From Escherichia phage 232Ecol030PP, in sequence record PP355090.1: DNA of 64,000 bases; one strand, given 5' to 3'. Below are positions 9,885 to 19,551 of the stretch, piece by piece. Each line of letters starts with the position of its first letter. Within the stretch, counting starts at the first letter, position 1. The notes beneath the pieces are model-generated. The model saw nothing but the letters and a program-made list of their open reading frames with translations, was not told where the DNA came from and did no database searches. A program made the position numbers and the translations under genes.

Positions 9885-10100
9885 TTAAGCCTTTTTATCA
9901 AGAACAGCATTCAGCTTGTTAGTAATTTTATCCAGACGCTCATTAAACTCACTAGAAGATAAGCCCTTTTCTGGAGAAATTAAACTAATCACGAAAAATA
10001 TAGCAATAAAAGGAATAAGGAAAATAGCTCCAACTGCCATAAACAGAAAGAATGTTACAGTTGTAAGAAAATCAGCTAAACCTTTACGAAATTTATACAT
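9885..10100 (-). CDS. small membrane protein
   Basis: 71 aa with a long hydrophobic segment (FLFMAVGAIFLIPFIAIFFVISLI). Confidence 0.5.
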   Translation of the reverse strand: MYKFRKGLADFLTTVTFFLFMAVGAIFLIPFIAIFFVISLISPEKGLSSSEFNERLDKITNKLNAVLDKKA

Positions 10101-10215
10101 ATTTTACCCTTAATTAATTAACCAAGCATTGATAAGCACTAAACTATACTGCGAATAAAATTCTGGACCAAAATGAAAAATCATATCATTTATAGTATCC
10201 ATAATGTAATTCAAT

Positions 10216-10686
10216 TTAATCATGTGTCCACACCCCATCGGTATTTGACCAAAGCCGCTGATTATCTGATCCTCTCCACAGCTTTTTGGTCGGAAGATTT
10301 TTCTCATACTTCCCATCAATAATAACATCAACATATTTAAGCATTTCTAGTTGTTTAATATCTTCAAACTTATATCCTGTCCACAACCAAATGCTTTTAT
10401 TTGGATAAAGATTTTTTACTGTTTGAACAATGCAATGAATAACATCTCGATTATCAGGATAGAGAGGGTCTCCTCCAGTTATAGTTAATCCTTCTATATA
10501 ATCATTATTCAAACATTCAATTAATTGTTCTAGTGTTTCACCAGTGAATGGAATACCATTTCTAGCATTCCATGTTGATTTATTATAACACCCTTCGCAT
10601 TTATGCAAACAACCTGTAACGAAAAGAACGACCCTGCAACCAGGGCCATTCACAAAATCGCAAGGATAAAATCTATCATAATTCAT
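10216..10686 (-). CDS. nrdG: anaerobic ribonucleotide reductase activating protein NrdG (radical SAM)
   Basis: 156 aa with CxxxCxxC cluster (GCLHKCEGC); ATGA overlap with nrdD stop. Confidence 0.9.
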   Translation of the reverse strand: MNYDRFYPCDFVNGPGCRVVLFVTGCLHKCEGCYNKSTWNARNGIPFTGETLEQLIECLNNDYIEGLTITGGDPLYPDNRDVIHCIVQTVKNLYPNKSIWLWTGYKFEDIKQLEMLKYVDVIIDGKYEKNLPTKKLWRGSDNQRLWSNTDGVWTHD

Positions 10687-12500
10687 TGATGCTTAACCCT
10701 ATGCATGATTTCTTTATTTTTGCCGAGATTAAATCCGCGTTCGTTCGGATTTCCCAAATAACCACATGTTCTTCTTATTGTATTCATCTTTTTAGGATCA
10801 GTTTCTCCACAAATAGAACAAACAAATCCGTTTTCAGTAGGAGTCATTTCATGGGTACTTCCGCATGTAAAACATTTATCCACTGGCATATTAACACCAA
10901 AATAATCTAAATGTTGTGCAGCATAATCCCATACGGCCTCAAGACCTTTCAAGTTATTTTTCATATCAGGAAGTTCAACATAAGAAATGTGACCACCTGT
11001 CGCAATGAAATGATATGGCGCTTCACGAGAAATCTTTTCAAACGGAGTAATATTTTCTTCTACTGAGACATGGAAACTGTTAGTGTACCAGCCTTTATCG
11101 GTAACATCTTTTACACTTCCATATTTTTCTGTATCGAGTTTACAGAAGCGATAACAAAGGTTTTCAGCAGGAGTCGAATATAAACTAAAAGCAAATCCGG
11201 TTCTTTCAGTCCACTGTTTAAGATGAGCATTCATTTTAGTTAAAATTTCTCGTCCAATATCACGACCGACAAGAATATTCAATTCGTGAATACCAATGTA
11301 TCCTAAAGACACTGAACTTCTACCGTTTTTAAATAACTCAATTATATCGTCATCAGGTTTAAGACGAACCCCAAATGCACCTTCTTGGTAAAGAATAGGA
11401 GCAACAGTAGCTTTAACTCCTTTTAAGGAACTAATTCTACACATCAAAGCTTCAAAACATAAATCCATTCGTTCATTGAACAATTCAACAAATTTCTGTT
11501 CATTGAACTGTGTTCCAATATAAGAATCTAACGCGATGCGAGGAAGATTCAGTGTTACAACACCAAGATTATTACGTCCATCAAGAATTTCATTACCAGT
11601 CGAATCTTTCCATACGCCCAAGAAACTACGGCAACCCATTGGAGAAACAGGAACAGATGAACCAGTGATAGCTTTATTGTTCTTAGCTGAAATAATATCA
11701 GGATACATCCTTTTGCTTGCACACTCTAGAGCAAGCTGCTTAATATCATAGTTCGGATCGTCTTTATAAAGATTAACACCTTCTTCAACGAACATAACAA
11801 GCTTAGGGAAAATAGGAGTTATTCCATCACGACCAAGACCTTTAATACGATTTTTCAGAATTGCTTTCTGAATCATTCGTTCAGTCCAGTCAGTTCCTGT
11901 ACCAAATGTAATTGTTACAAAAGGTGTTTGTCCGTTTGAACTAAAGAGAGTATTTACTTCATATTCATAAGCTTGGAATGCATCGTATACATCTTTTTCT
12001 GTTTTAGATTGAGCATAATTCAACGCATCAGCGATTTGCCATTTTTCTGCATCCTCAATATGTTTTGCATAGGTGCGTTTAACATAAGGAGAAAGTACTT
12101 TATCGACATTAGCAAATGTAGTTCCGCCATACTGGTGAGAAGCAACCTGTGCAGTAATTTGTGCCATAATTGCAGTAGCAACACCGATTGATTTAGGAGT
12201 TTCAATCTGTGCATTACCAAGCTTAAATCCGTTCTCAAGCATTCCTTTTAAATCTACTAAACAACAATTAGTAAATGGAAGAGCAGGGGAATAATCAATA
12301 TCGTGGAAATGGATAATTCCGCTTTCATGCGCTTTCATAATAAAAGACGGGACCATATTTTTGGCAATGTGTTTAGACACAATACCAGCCATAAGGTCCC
12401 GTTGAGTTGGAAAAACACGAGAATCTTTATTAGCATTCTCGTTTAAAAGGTCTTTATTAGTTTTATGAATCAATCCTTCAATTTCTTTTTCAATTGTCAT
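10683..12500 (-). CDS. nrdD: anaerobic ribonucleoside-triphosphate reductase NrdD, uninterrupted (no intron)
   Basis: 605-aa continuous ORF ending with glycyl-radical motif RTCGYLG and C-terminal Cys cluster. Confidence 0.92.
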   Translation of the reverse strand: MTIEKEIEGLIHKTNKDLLNENANKDSRVFPTQRDLMAGIVSKHIAKNMVPSFIMKAHESGIIHFHDIDYSPALPFTNCCLVDLKGMLENGFKLGNAQIETPKSIGVATAIMAQITAQVASHQYGGTTFANVDKVLSPYVKRTYAKHIEDAEKWQIADALNYAQSKTEKDVYDAFQAYEYEVNTLFSSNGQTPFVTITFGTGTDWTERMIQKAILKNRIKGLGRDGITPIFPKLVMFVEEGVNLYKDDPNYDIKQLALECASKRMYPDIISAKNNKAITGSSVPVSPMGCRSFLGVWKDSTGNEILDGRNNLGVVTLNLPRIALDSYIGTQFNEQKFVELFNERMDLCFEALMCRISSLKGVKATVAPILYQEGAFGVRLKPDDDIIELFKNGRSSVSLGYIGIHELNILVGRDIGREILTKMNAHLKQWTERTGFAFSLYSTPAENLCYRFCKLDTEKYGSVKDVTDKGWYTNSFHVSVEENITPFEKISREAPYHFIATGGHISYVELPDMKNNLKGLEAVWDYAAQHLDYFGVNMPVDKCFTCGSTHEMTPTENGFVCSICGETDPKKMNTIRRTCGYLGNPNERGFNLGKNKEIMHRVKHQ

Positions 12501-12970
12501 TTTAAACTCTTTCTAAGCTGCTTCTTAAATGAAGCTATTAACTGTGTTTTGGTGTCAGATTCATTATATTCAAATCCTCTTTGAAGCATCTCGGCCATCA
12601 TTTCCTCTTTTCCTAAACGAGAAAATTCCTTTGATTTATCTCCAACAAAGTTAGGGTGAATATTATTTTGGGTGTAATCGGATTTTAAATAAGTAAGTAA
12701 ATTTTCTAACCATTCAAGATAATCAACACCTTGTCCCTTTAAGCCAGAACGATTAAATTTATGCTTCATTTGACCTTCTGCGGCATTGCATAGATTACAA
12801 AGCAATCCACGTACCTTTCCTGCTTTTGGTCCATTTAATTCATGGTCATGATCAAGATGATTAGCTTGAACATCAGGATTTAGTTCTCGTTGGCAAATTA
12901 AGCATTTACCGTTTTGTGCATTATAAAATTTCTGTTTTTCTTCTTTGTATAATTTGCCAGTCAATAACAT
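12497..12970 (-). CDS. 49: endonuclease VII (Holliday junction resolvase) gp49
   Basis: 157-aa ORF with zinc-binding Cys cluster; recognised as T4 endo VII. Confidence 0.88.
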   Translation of the reverse strand: MLLTGKLYKEEKQKFYNAQNGKCLICQRELNPDVQANHLDHDHELNGPKAGKVRGLLCNLCNAAEGQMKHKFNRSGLKGQGVDYLEWLENLLTYLKSDYTQNNIHPNFVGDKSKEFSRLGKEEMMAEMLQRGFEYNESDTKTQLIASFKKQLRKSLK

Positions 12971-13012
12971 AATAAAACCCTTACCTTAAATAGATAAGGG
13001 TATTTATTATTT

Positions 13013-13189
13013 TTAAGTATTGTAAAACATTCGATGCAATCGTTTATACTGTCGAATCATCTTTTTAGTAGGACGAGAATAGGTTCCTACGCAAGTGGTC
13101 ATATGAGGGTCCGTAGAATGTCCTTTAATAAAAAGTTTCCAAACCTTACCGCCATTTAACTTTTCAGTATAAACCAATTCGGTTTTCAT
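13013..13189 (-). CDS. hypothetical 58-aa protein with pin-like C-terminus
   Basis: ATG at 13189; C-terminal IRQYKRLHRMFYNT matches the pin C-terminus; encoded over repeat copy A. Confidence 0.35.
   Translation of the reverse strand: MKTELVYTEKLNGGKVWKLFIKGHSTDPHMTTCVGTYSRPTKKMIRQYKRLHRMFYNT
13015..13058. repeat. direct repeat copy A (pin 3'-end-like)
   Basis: 44 nt aagtattgtaaaacattcgatgcaatcgtttatactgtcgaatc, 4 mismatches to copy B. Confidence 0.8.
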
Positions 13190-13224
13190 TAAAATGTCCT
13201 GTCAGAAAAAGAATTTTGAGTTTT

Positions 13225-13710
13225 TCAAGTATTGTAAAACATTTGATGCAATCGCTTATATTGCCGAATCTTTTGGTCAGAAAAAGAAATTTGAGTTTCA
13301 AGCCATTCAATGTACTCTGCGGCAGCTTGCATCAGGTTACCTTCATAGCCATCGTTATTTTCTTGTGCAGCTAATTTAGCTAATGCGTATGAAATACGTT
13401 CACCTTGAAAATCGGCTTTAGGCTTCTGAACAACTTGATTAGTTCGCTCTACAACTTCTTCAATTTCGCCATTTTCGACTGATTCAGTATTCCACAAGCA
13501 CCAATACGTAATTGGCTTATCATAGATGTTAATAATCTTTCCGTCGGAAAGTTCAATTTCAATAATTCCAGTGTCAGGCTCTATATCATCTTCACATTCT
13601 TTTGCAAGTTCACGAACTTTAAAGACAGTACCTGCACTAAGTTCCGGCCAGTAATTACATAGCCCTGTATCAATACGATTAATTCTAAACCACTTATCTA
13701 CTGTAATCAT
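13225..13710 (-). CDS. pin: protease inhibitor PinA (inhibitor of host Lon)
   Basis: ATG at 13710 gives 161 aa MITVDKWFRINRIDTG...; position between nrdC and 49 as in T4. Confidence 0.7.
   Translation of the reverse strand: MITVDKWFRINRIDTGLCNYWPELSAGTVFKVRELAKECEDDIEPDTGIIEIELSDGKIINIYDKPITYWCLWNTESVENGEIEEVVERTNQVVQKPKADFQGERISYALAKLAAQENNDGYEGNLMQAAAEYIEWLETQISFSDQKIRQYKRLHQMFYNT
13227..13270. repeat. direct repeat copy B (3' end of pin)
   Basis: aagtattgtaaaacatttgatgcaatcgcttatattgccgaatc; flanked by 23-nt direct repeats at 13201-13223 and 13276-13298. Confidence 0.8.
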
Positions 13711-13832
13711 GTCCCATCTCCATATCAATTAAGTCATTTATCGTTGGTTCATTATATACTGTTTCTTCATCAGTGTAAACCGGTTCTTCCGGCTCTGGCT
13801 CTACAGTTTCCCATCTAGCCGCCCACCAAGGT

Positions 13833-14003
13833 TTAACCCCGAAGCTTATTAAGTTCTTCATAATCAATCCAGGATTCTAATCCTGATGGCAAATCAGATT
13901 CAATTTCCCAAAGAAGTTCTTCAATTTTATGAAGACGATCTAGTTCTTCAGCAGGAATAGTAACCACTGACGGAGCTCTTGCTACATTAATATCGTAAAT
14001 CAT
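13833..14003 (-). CDS. hypothetical small protein
   Basis: First ATG at 14003 (track start 14042 is GTG); 56 aa. Confidence 0.4.
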   Translation of the reverse strand: MIYDINVARAPSVVTIPAEELDRLHKIEELLWEIESDLPSGLESWIDYEELNKLRG

Positions 14004-14005
14004 AT

Positions 14006-14221
14006 TTACCCCAGTTTGACCATGCAATCGCCGTATTTCCACTTAGAAATAGACTTTTCACCGTTAGAATAATAAACTTCGAGTTTAGCACGATTATTTT
14101 TAATTTGAATAACCATTGCTGTCATCAAAGTTCCATACCCATAATAAACTGCAACTTCATCACCTACATATACCGCGCTTCCGCGGTAATCATGAATATA
14201 GTCAGTTCCTTCGAGCATCAT
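14006..14221 (-). CDS. hypothetical protein
   Basis: 71-aa ORF, ATG start. Confidence 0.5.
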   Translation of the reverse strand: MMLEGTDYIHDYRGSAVYVGDEVAVYYGYGTLMTAMVIQIKNNRAKLEVYYSNGEKSISKWKYGDCMVKLG

Positions 14222-14481
14222 TTAAAATATTCTCGCAGTTGGTCAAATCCACCAATATGACTTCCATCAGGAGCAAATACCTGGGGCATTGTCAAGCCGA
14301 TTTGAGTATCACGACCTAGTTTAGTCAGAAGCTCAGCAATTTTCTCATCATCAAAAACACCTTTTTCCGGCATAATGTTGATAAATTCAAACGGCTGTTT
14401 CTTCACGGTCAAAAGACGTTTTGCATTATCGCAATACACACATTTATGAATGTTGCTATCATAACCATATACTTTAAACAT
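14218..14481 (-). CDS. nrdC: thioredoxin NrdC
   Basis: 87 aa MFKVYGYDSNIHKCVYCDNAKRLL... with CVYC active site; recognised as T4 thioredoxin. Confidence 0.9.
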   Translation of the reverse strand: MFKVYGYDSNIHKCVYCDNAKRLLTVKKQPFEFINIMPEKGVFDDEKIAELLTKLGRDTQIGLTMPQVFAPDGSHIGGFDQLREYFK

Positions 14482-14503
14482 ATTATTCCTTAATTCCTAG
14501 TAC

Positions 14504-14725
14504 TTATTTAAAAGTCTCGTCGTAATCAAGACTTTGGCCCGTTTGTTCTTTATGTTTGTATATAATATCACTTACTTCTGATAGCATATTTTTATATGAA
14601 CGAGTTAAAGCAGATTTAAGCACGCTGTATCTATCAGGAAATTTACCGTGTTCATTATAATAAGCTATTGCTAATTCACGGACTGCCTTTTCAGCAGCCT
14701 CCATATATTCTTTACGCTTGGTCAT
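14504..14725 (-). CDS. hypothetical protein
   Basis: 73-aa ORF, ATG start. Confidence 0.5.
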   Translation of the reverse strand: MTKRKEYMEAAEKAVRELAIAYYNEHGKFPDRYSVLKSALTRSYKNMLSEVSDIIYKHKEQTGQSLDYDETFK

Positions 14726-14727
14726 TT

Positions 14728-15117
14728 TTAATCCAAAATATTATTAGGCATTGGTTGAACACTCACAAGTTCTTTAAAGAACTCAGTAGAGTCAGGCAAT
14801 TTAACCATTTCCGGAGCATGCTTACTGAATTTATGTTTACATTGACGGCATTTATATTCAAGCTCCGGTTTACGCCAGTTAATCAACTGAACTTGTTCAG
14901 TACCGCATTCAGGGCAATTAGGAACGTTTTTAGAAGCTCTTTCACGTCGTTCAACCATAGCCATAATAGCATCCCATGCTGGAGGTTTAAAATCTAAATC
15001 GTCGCAGCCGTGAATCTTTCCACGCATTTCCAAATTGTCTTCTTCACCAGCCATAATAATTTTAATTAGACTAGAATTACTTGAAGCTGCAATGTCTTCT
15101 AATAGACGCTTTTTCAT
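14728..15117 (-). CDS. hypothetical protein with zinc-ribbon motif
   Basis: 129 aa with CPECG...CRQCKH (CxxC...CxxC). Confidence 0.55.
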   Translation of the reverse strand: MKKRLLEDIAASSNSSLIKIIMAGEEDNLEMRGKIHGCDDLDFKPPAWDAIMAMVERRERASKNVPNCPECGTEQVQLINWRKPELEYKCRQCKHKFSKHAPEMVKLPDSTEFFKELVSVQPMPNNILD

Positions 15118-16043
15118 TTCAATACCTCAATAGCATTGCGTAAACCATTTGCTTTTGCATTAAGAGCTTTTAACAATTTGGTGTGTTCTGCAATTTGGGC
15201 TTCAACTTCAATCAAACGAGCATTGAGATATTCGCGTTCTTCGCTCAAGTTATCAACCTTTTCTACTTTAGGCTCTTTTACAACTGTCTTATATGTATTA
15301 GGGTTCTTCAGTTTAATTAGAATGCGTGAACTGTATAACATTGAACCATTATCTTCGGTTTCGTCATACATTTCCACTACGTCCATCATCTCCACCATCG
15401 TGCAGAGTTTATAAGACAACGAACGAATAATTTTGTTGTGCTTATTAATTTCTCTAGCTGTCATGGTGCCGAGATTACGTGAGTAATAATAAGGAACCTG
15501 GATATTAATTAATACTGATGAACCACCTGGCTTGTGTGTTACTTCATCAGCAATAACCCAGTCCTTAACATGAACTGTATTTGTACGGTCATCGCCCGCG
15601 GTAAATAGTTTGCGAGCATGCTTAAAAAGCATATTCACTTGGTCATTGAATTGACAAGCAAATTTATCAGCAAATTTAGTTTCAGGAATGGTAGAAAACC
15701 AATCAGCCAAATGAGTCTTTTTAACATCATTAACAATAGTAAATTCAACCAAATCGGTTATAGATGTCGCAGTTTTAATGAATCTCGGCTTCATAAAGTT
15801 TTTAATGTTATCGCGAGCTACAGTAGAAGATAACATACGAGAACGTTTAAACCATTCAAGTAAATTGCCTAACGAATGAGAATAAGCGTTCTGAGTATCT
15901 TTACAGATATGATTTTCCTGGCCAACATACTGAAGGAAATCACGAAGAATATTATTGATTACTGCTCTGTGTCCTATCTGATAATCACGATGTTTAGTAA
16001 TAAGACTGTCAAAATAATCAATATAATGTTTACGAGTTTTCAT
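15114..16043 (-). CDS. hypothetical protein with C-terminal coiled coil (paralog family member 1)
   Basis: 309 aa, ATG start, N-terminus MKTRKHY..., C-terminal heptad-rich segment. Confidence 0.6.
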   Translation of the reverse strand: MKTRKHYIDYFDSLITKHRDYQIGHRAVINNILRDFLQYVGQENHICKDTQNAYSHSLGNLLEWFKRSRMLSSTVARDNIKNFMKPRFIKTATSITDLVEFTIVNDVKKTHLADWFSTIPETKFADKFACQFNDQVNMLFKHARKLFTAGDDRTNTVHVKDWVIADEVTHKPGGSSVLINIQVPYYYSRNLGTMTAREINKHNKIIRSLSYKLCTMVEMMDVVEMYDETEDNGSMLYSSRILIKLKNPNTYKTVVKEPKVEKVDNLSEEREYLNARLIEVEAQIAEHTKLLKALNAKANGLRNAIEVLK

Positions 16044-16097
16044 GTTCTTCTCACTTGGTTAATGGTTTATACTCCGAGCCATCCTTGGCTTTAAATT

Positions 16098-17099
16098 TTA
16101 CTTAATTAACTGTAAAGCTTGTTCAAGACGATCCAGGCGATTAACAGATTCTTCCCAAATCCTTTTAGCCTGCTCATATTCTTTCTGTGCTTTATTAGAA
16201 ATTTCTAGAACTTCTTTATAAGCTTTTTCTAATGCAATAACTTCTGGACGAATTTCTACCGATTCAGGTGAATCATCAAGATTATCCATTAGTTCCTCAA
16301 GGGTAGTTTCTTCTTTAGGGGTATTCACAATTTCTTCACATTTTTGTTGATAAATTTCTTTATTAGTAGGTGAGTACGCGCACTTTACTTCACGAAGACT
16401 AACTACAATTTTATATCCTTCCCAACCGCATATATTCTTAAAAGGATAAGTATGAATATTTTCTACCGTTTCCATACAAAGTAATGCAGTCTCTAACTGA
16501 CGAGTTGTATCACTAGCAATTGAGAAAAATTTATTAATGTTCTTTTGATTAGCTTCTGGTGTAAAAAATTCATAATTCACAAAAATAGCTGCTTTATTTT
16601 TATCAAGTTCATATTCTTTTATGATAATCATATCAGAAGCCAAAGGATGAATTTGACGATAATCGCCATAACATAATTTAGAAGCTGATTTTAGAATTTG
16701 CTTCTTGAAAAGTCTAAAATTACTAATCCAACGACGAGTAAAAATATTCTCAGGGTCTTCTTTATTATTAAGATGATAAGAATTAACATCACCGAACCAA
16801 CTGTATCCTACTACATCTTTGGTTCGTTTAATTTCTTTCCCAAAATTACTAAGAATATCTTGATTAACTAAATATGAAAGAAGACGAGAACCTTTAAAAG
16901 TTTCCTTAATATCATCTTTATATTCGCGACTAGAAATTTTATGAACTTCATGAATAAATTTGCTTGAAGAAACAATACTTGCATCAATATTATTGAGCCA
17001 TTGATTGATAATGGAAAGAACGCTATTTTGGCCAAACATCGGTATAGCTTTATCATCAATAACGCTATTGAATGATTTGATATATTCGTTACGAGTCAT
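16098..17099 (-). CDS. hypothetical protein with C-terminal coiled coil (paralog family member 2)
   Basis: ATG at 17099 with GAGGAG RBS (MTRNEYIKSF...), 333 aa. Confidence 0.6.
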   Translation of the reverse strand: MTRNEYIKSFNSVIDDKAIPMFGQNSVLSIINQWLNNIDASIVSSSKFIHEVHKISSREYKDDIKETFKGSRLLSYLVNQDILSNFGKEIKRTKDVVGYSWFGDVNSYHLNNKEDPENIFTRRWISNFRLFKKQILKSASKLCYGDYRQIHPLASDMIIIKEYELDKNKAAIFVNYEFFTPEANQKNINKFFSIASDTTRQLETALLCMETVENIHTYPFKNICGWEGYKIVVSLREVKCAYSPTNKEIYQQKCEEIVNTPKEETTLEELMDNLDDSPESVEIRPEVIALEKAYKEVLEISNKAQKEYEQAKRIWEESVNRLDRLEQALQLIK

Positions 17100-17156
17100 A
17101 ATAATCTCCTCAGTAGAAAGTAAAAACATTATACCACATCCTTGTGGCAAAGTAAA

Positions 17157-18185
17157 CTAGTTCAGTGCATTTAGTGCATTGTTCAGTTTAGAACGTTGCT
17201 TTGTCAGATTTTGAACCCTTGACTGAGCTTGTTCTAACGCCTTTTCAGCTTCTAGCACTTCATTGGTCGCTTTAACGAGTTCATCATCTACTGCCTTAAG
17301 AGACTTCTCAATCGCGTCAGCGTGCCATTTTTCTACAGGTTTAAAATTTGAATTTTCAGTAGGAAGAAAACTCACTTTATTAAGTTTACATGCATCTATA
17401 TTGCTTGAGCTATACATCCAAAATTTAGGATCGTTTGATAAGTAATTGGATAAATTTAAATTTAAGGTATCTTGCACTTCCTGCTTTTTCTCTTGAACAA
17501 TTTCATCCTTTCTCAAAAATTCATATTTAAATGAAACGATCATATCAAGTTCATATGTTGTTGTATGTTCCCAATTTCGCTCAAAACGAGGTAAAATCTT
17601 AGATTGAACAGCAGCAACAACATCCATATACTTAAATGCTTCTGTCAGCTGTGATTTAAGACATTCACAAATTGAAAGAGAATTTTTAGTATTAGGCTTA
17701 AAGCTAATTCGTGCAGTTCTATTATTTTCTTTTAACGGTCTTACTTCCATCTGAAGAGTATAACCATCAAATTTCAGGTTCTTTAAGTTAATATCAGAGC
17801 CTTTTAATCGACTAGCAGTAGACAAAATTTGCTTTAATTGTTTACGGAATAGAGCAATAAATCTCCATTCAATACGATAATGATTTGGATTGAAAAATCC
17901 AGATGATAAATCGACCTTACTTTGACCAACGCCTTGAACAATCAAAGGATTTTTATAATCAATAGTTTTACAGAAATCGGTGAGCTGTTCACGAGCAGTC
18001 ATTTGTGTAATATACCCTGCTTTACTAAAATTACGCACCCATTCACTGCTATTCGTATACTTAAAGTGATGAATAACACGATTAACTTTATCAGGGTCTA
18101 AATTATTTTCACACAAAAATGTCATAACATCACGAGTATAGCTGGCATTACGAACCATATCTTCAATTTGAGAACGAGTTTTCAT
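17157..18185 (-). CDS. hypothetical protein with C-terminal coiled coil (paralog family member 3)
   Basis: 342 aa, N-terminus MKTRSQIEDM..., motif FRKQLKQILSTASRL resembling FKKQILKSASKL in member 2. Confidence 0.6.
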   Translation of the reverse strand: MKTRSQIEDMVRNASYTRDVMTFLCENNLDPDKVNRVIHHFKYTNSSEWVRNFSKAGYITQMTAREQLTDFCKTIDYKNPLIVQGVGQSKVDLSSGFFNPNHYRIEWRFIALFRKQLKQILSTASRLKGSDINLKNLKFDGYTLQMEVRPLKENNRTARISFKPNTKNSLSICECLKSQLTEAFKYMDVVAAVQSKILPRFERNWEHTTTYELDMIVSFKYEFLRKDEIVQEKKQEVQDTLNLNLSNYLSNDPKFWMYSSSNIDACKLNKVSFLPTENSNFKPVEKWHADAIEKSLKAVDDELVKATNEVLEAEKALEQAQSRVQNLTKQRSKLNNALNALN

Positions 18186-18193
18186 GGTGTTCC

Positions 18194-19081
18194 TTAAGAT
18201 TTAAGTAAATCAACGATTTTAATTAATTTTTCACGCTCAGATTTAGCTTTACTACTCAATCCAGATAGTCTGAAAATTTCATCATCATATTGCTGAATAG
18301 AAATATTTAGCTCTTCAATCTGCTTATTAAAATAAGCAATTTGTTCAGAATGTTTTTCATTACTGCGAACTGGTACAGGTTTTGTAGGTAATTTAGTTGA
18401 ACTGGATTCATCTGGGCGATAAATTAAAATGCAATTTGAACCAATCGGACATTTAGCACCAGACACATATTCTAATGTTCCGGCTTCTTTTAAAACTTCA
18501 AAAGCTAAACAGAGATGATGCCCCATATTAACATAATCTGTAGAGCGAGCTCTGATGTAATAATCATCTCCACGAGTACTAAATTTAAAGCATTTAAGGT
18601 CTTCTGTATTATTGGTCTTAAAAATCATTTGTTTATCTAGACCTTTAGCTAATCGAGCGCCTAATGCTAATAATCGTCGTTGATTTTCCCACAAATCCGC
18701 AATCATTTGGTCAAATGATAATTTCGGCATTAGTCGACCATAAAGGTCATATCCTTTATTATAATTGCGAAGGATTTCACTCGCATTAATACGAGACAAC
18801 GCTCCAATTTTATTAAGGGCTTTCATGATGCGATTAGATAAACCCATTCCAGATCCGTTTGTTCGTTGCAAATGTTTATCTAACCCAAACCCAATATCAA
18901 CTTTAAATTTATCTAAAATTTCAGCATGAACATCTCTGTCAATAACATTCAAATCCAAAGTTGGGTTAAATCTATGAAAAAATTTATCTGGCTCTCCACG
19001 ACGAAGTACAGTCCATTCATTTAATTTTTTATTAACTAAAGATTTAATTACTGCATTGACATTATTAATTACTACTGACAT
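18194..19081 (-). CDS. hypothetical protein with C-terminal coiled coil
   Basis: ATG at 19081 with GAGGAAAAT RBS (track start 19102 is TTG), 295 aa. Confidence 0.55.
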   Translation of the reverse strand: MSVVINNVNAVIKSLVNKKLNEWTVLRRGEPDKFFHRFNPTLDLNVIDRDVHAEILDKFKVDIGFGLDKHLQRTNGSGMGLSNRIMKALNKIGALSRINASEILRNYNKGYDLYGRLMPKLSFDQMIADLWENQRRLLALGARLAKGLDKQMIFKTNNTEDLKCFKFSTRGDDYYIRARSTDYVNMGHHLCLAFEVLKEAGTLEYVSGAKCPIGSNCILIYRPDESSSTKLPTKPVPVRSNEKHSEQIAYFNKQIEELNISIQQYDDEIFRLSGLSSKAKSEREKLIKIVDLLKS

Positions 19082-19088
19082 ATTTTCC

Positions 19089-19496
19089 TCACTCAATTTC
19101 AATTTTACTAAATATACAGAATAAGATGGAACAGACTATATAAGCACCACACACAGATTGAACTAATACCATTCCAAAGAACCAAACAATATTATCAAAC
19201 AATGTCTGTTTTACGTCGAAAGGACGTAAACTTACAGTAATATTATCGCCTTTTTCTATTGATGAATACATCTCTGGTGAAATATATTCACTAAATCTAT
19301 AACCGTCTTTGAGTTCATATACGGCAATAAACGATAAACTAGACCCCTTTCCTTGAGTTCCTGTAAGGGTATTAACTACAGTAACATCATAATCTTTATA
19401 ATGCATATAATCATTAATTGCGTAATAACCATATGCAATTGCTATACATAAACAACATATCAATAAATTCAATCTTTTAATTATCAACTGTTTCAT
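19089..19496 (-). CDS. membrane protein
   Basis: 135 aa with N- and C-terminal hydrophobic helices. Confidence 0.55.
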   Translation of the reverse strand: MKQLIIKRLNLLICCLCIAIAYGYYAINDYMHYKDYDVTVVNTLTGTQGKGSSLSFIAVYELKDGYRFSEYISPEMYSSIEKGDNITVSLRPFDVKQTLFDNIVWFFGMVLVQSVCGAYIVCSILFCIFSKIEIE

Positions 19497-19551
19497 AATA
19501 ATCTCAATTAAAAGGGCTTAGAACCATTATACCATCCTTGGTATAAAGCGG

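Noticed and set aside
10683-12500. Group I intron or homing endonuclease in nrdD
   Set aside because: The ORF is continuous for 605 codons with no internal non-coding gap.
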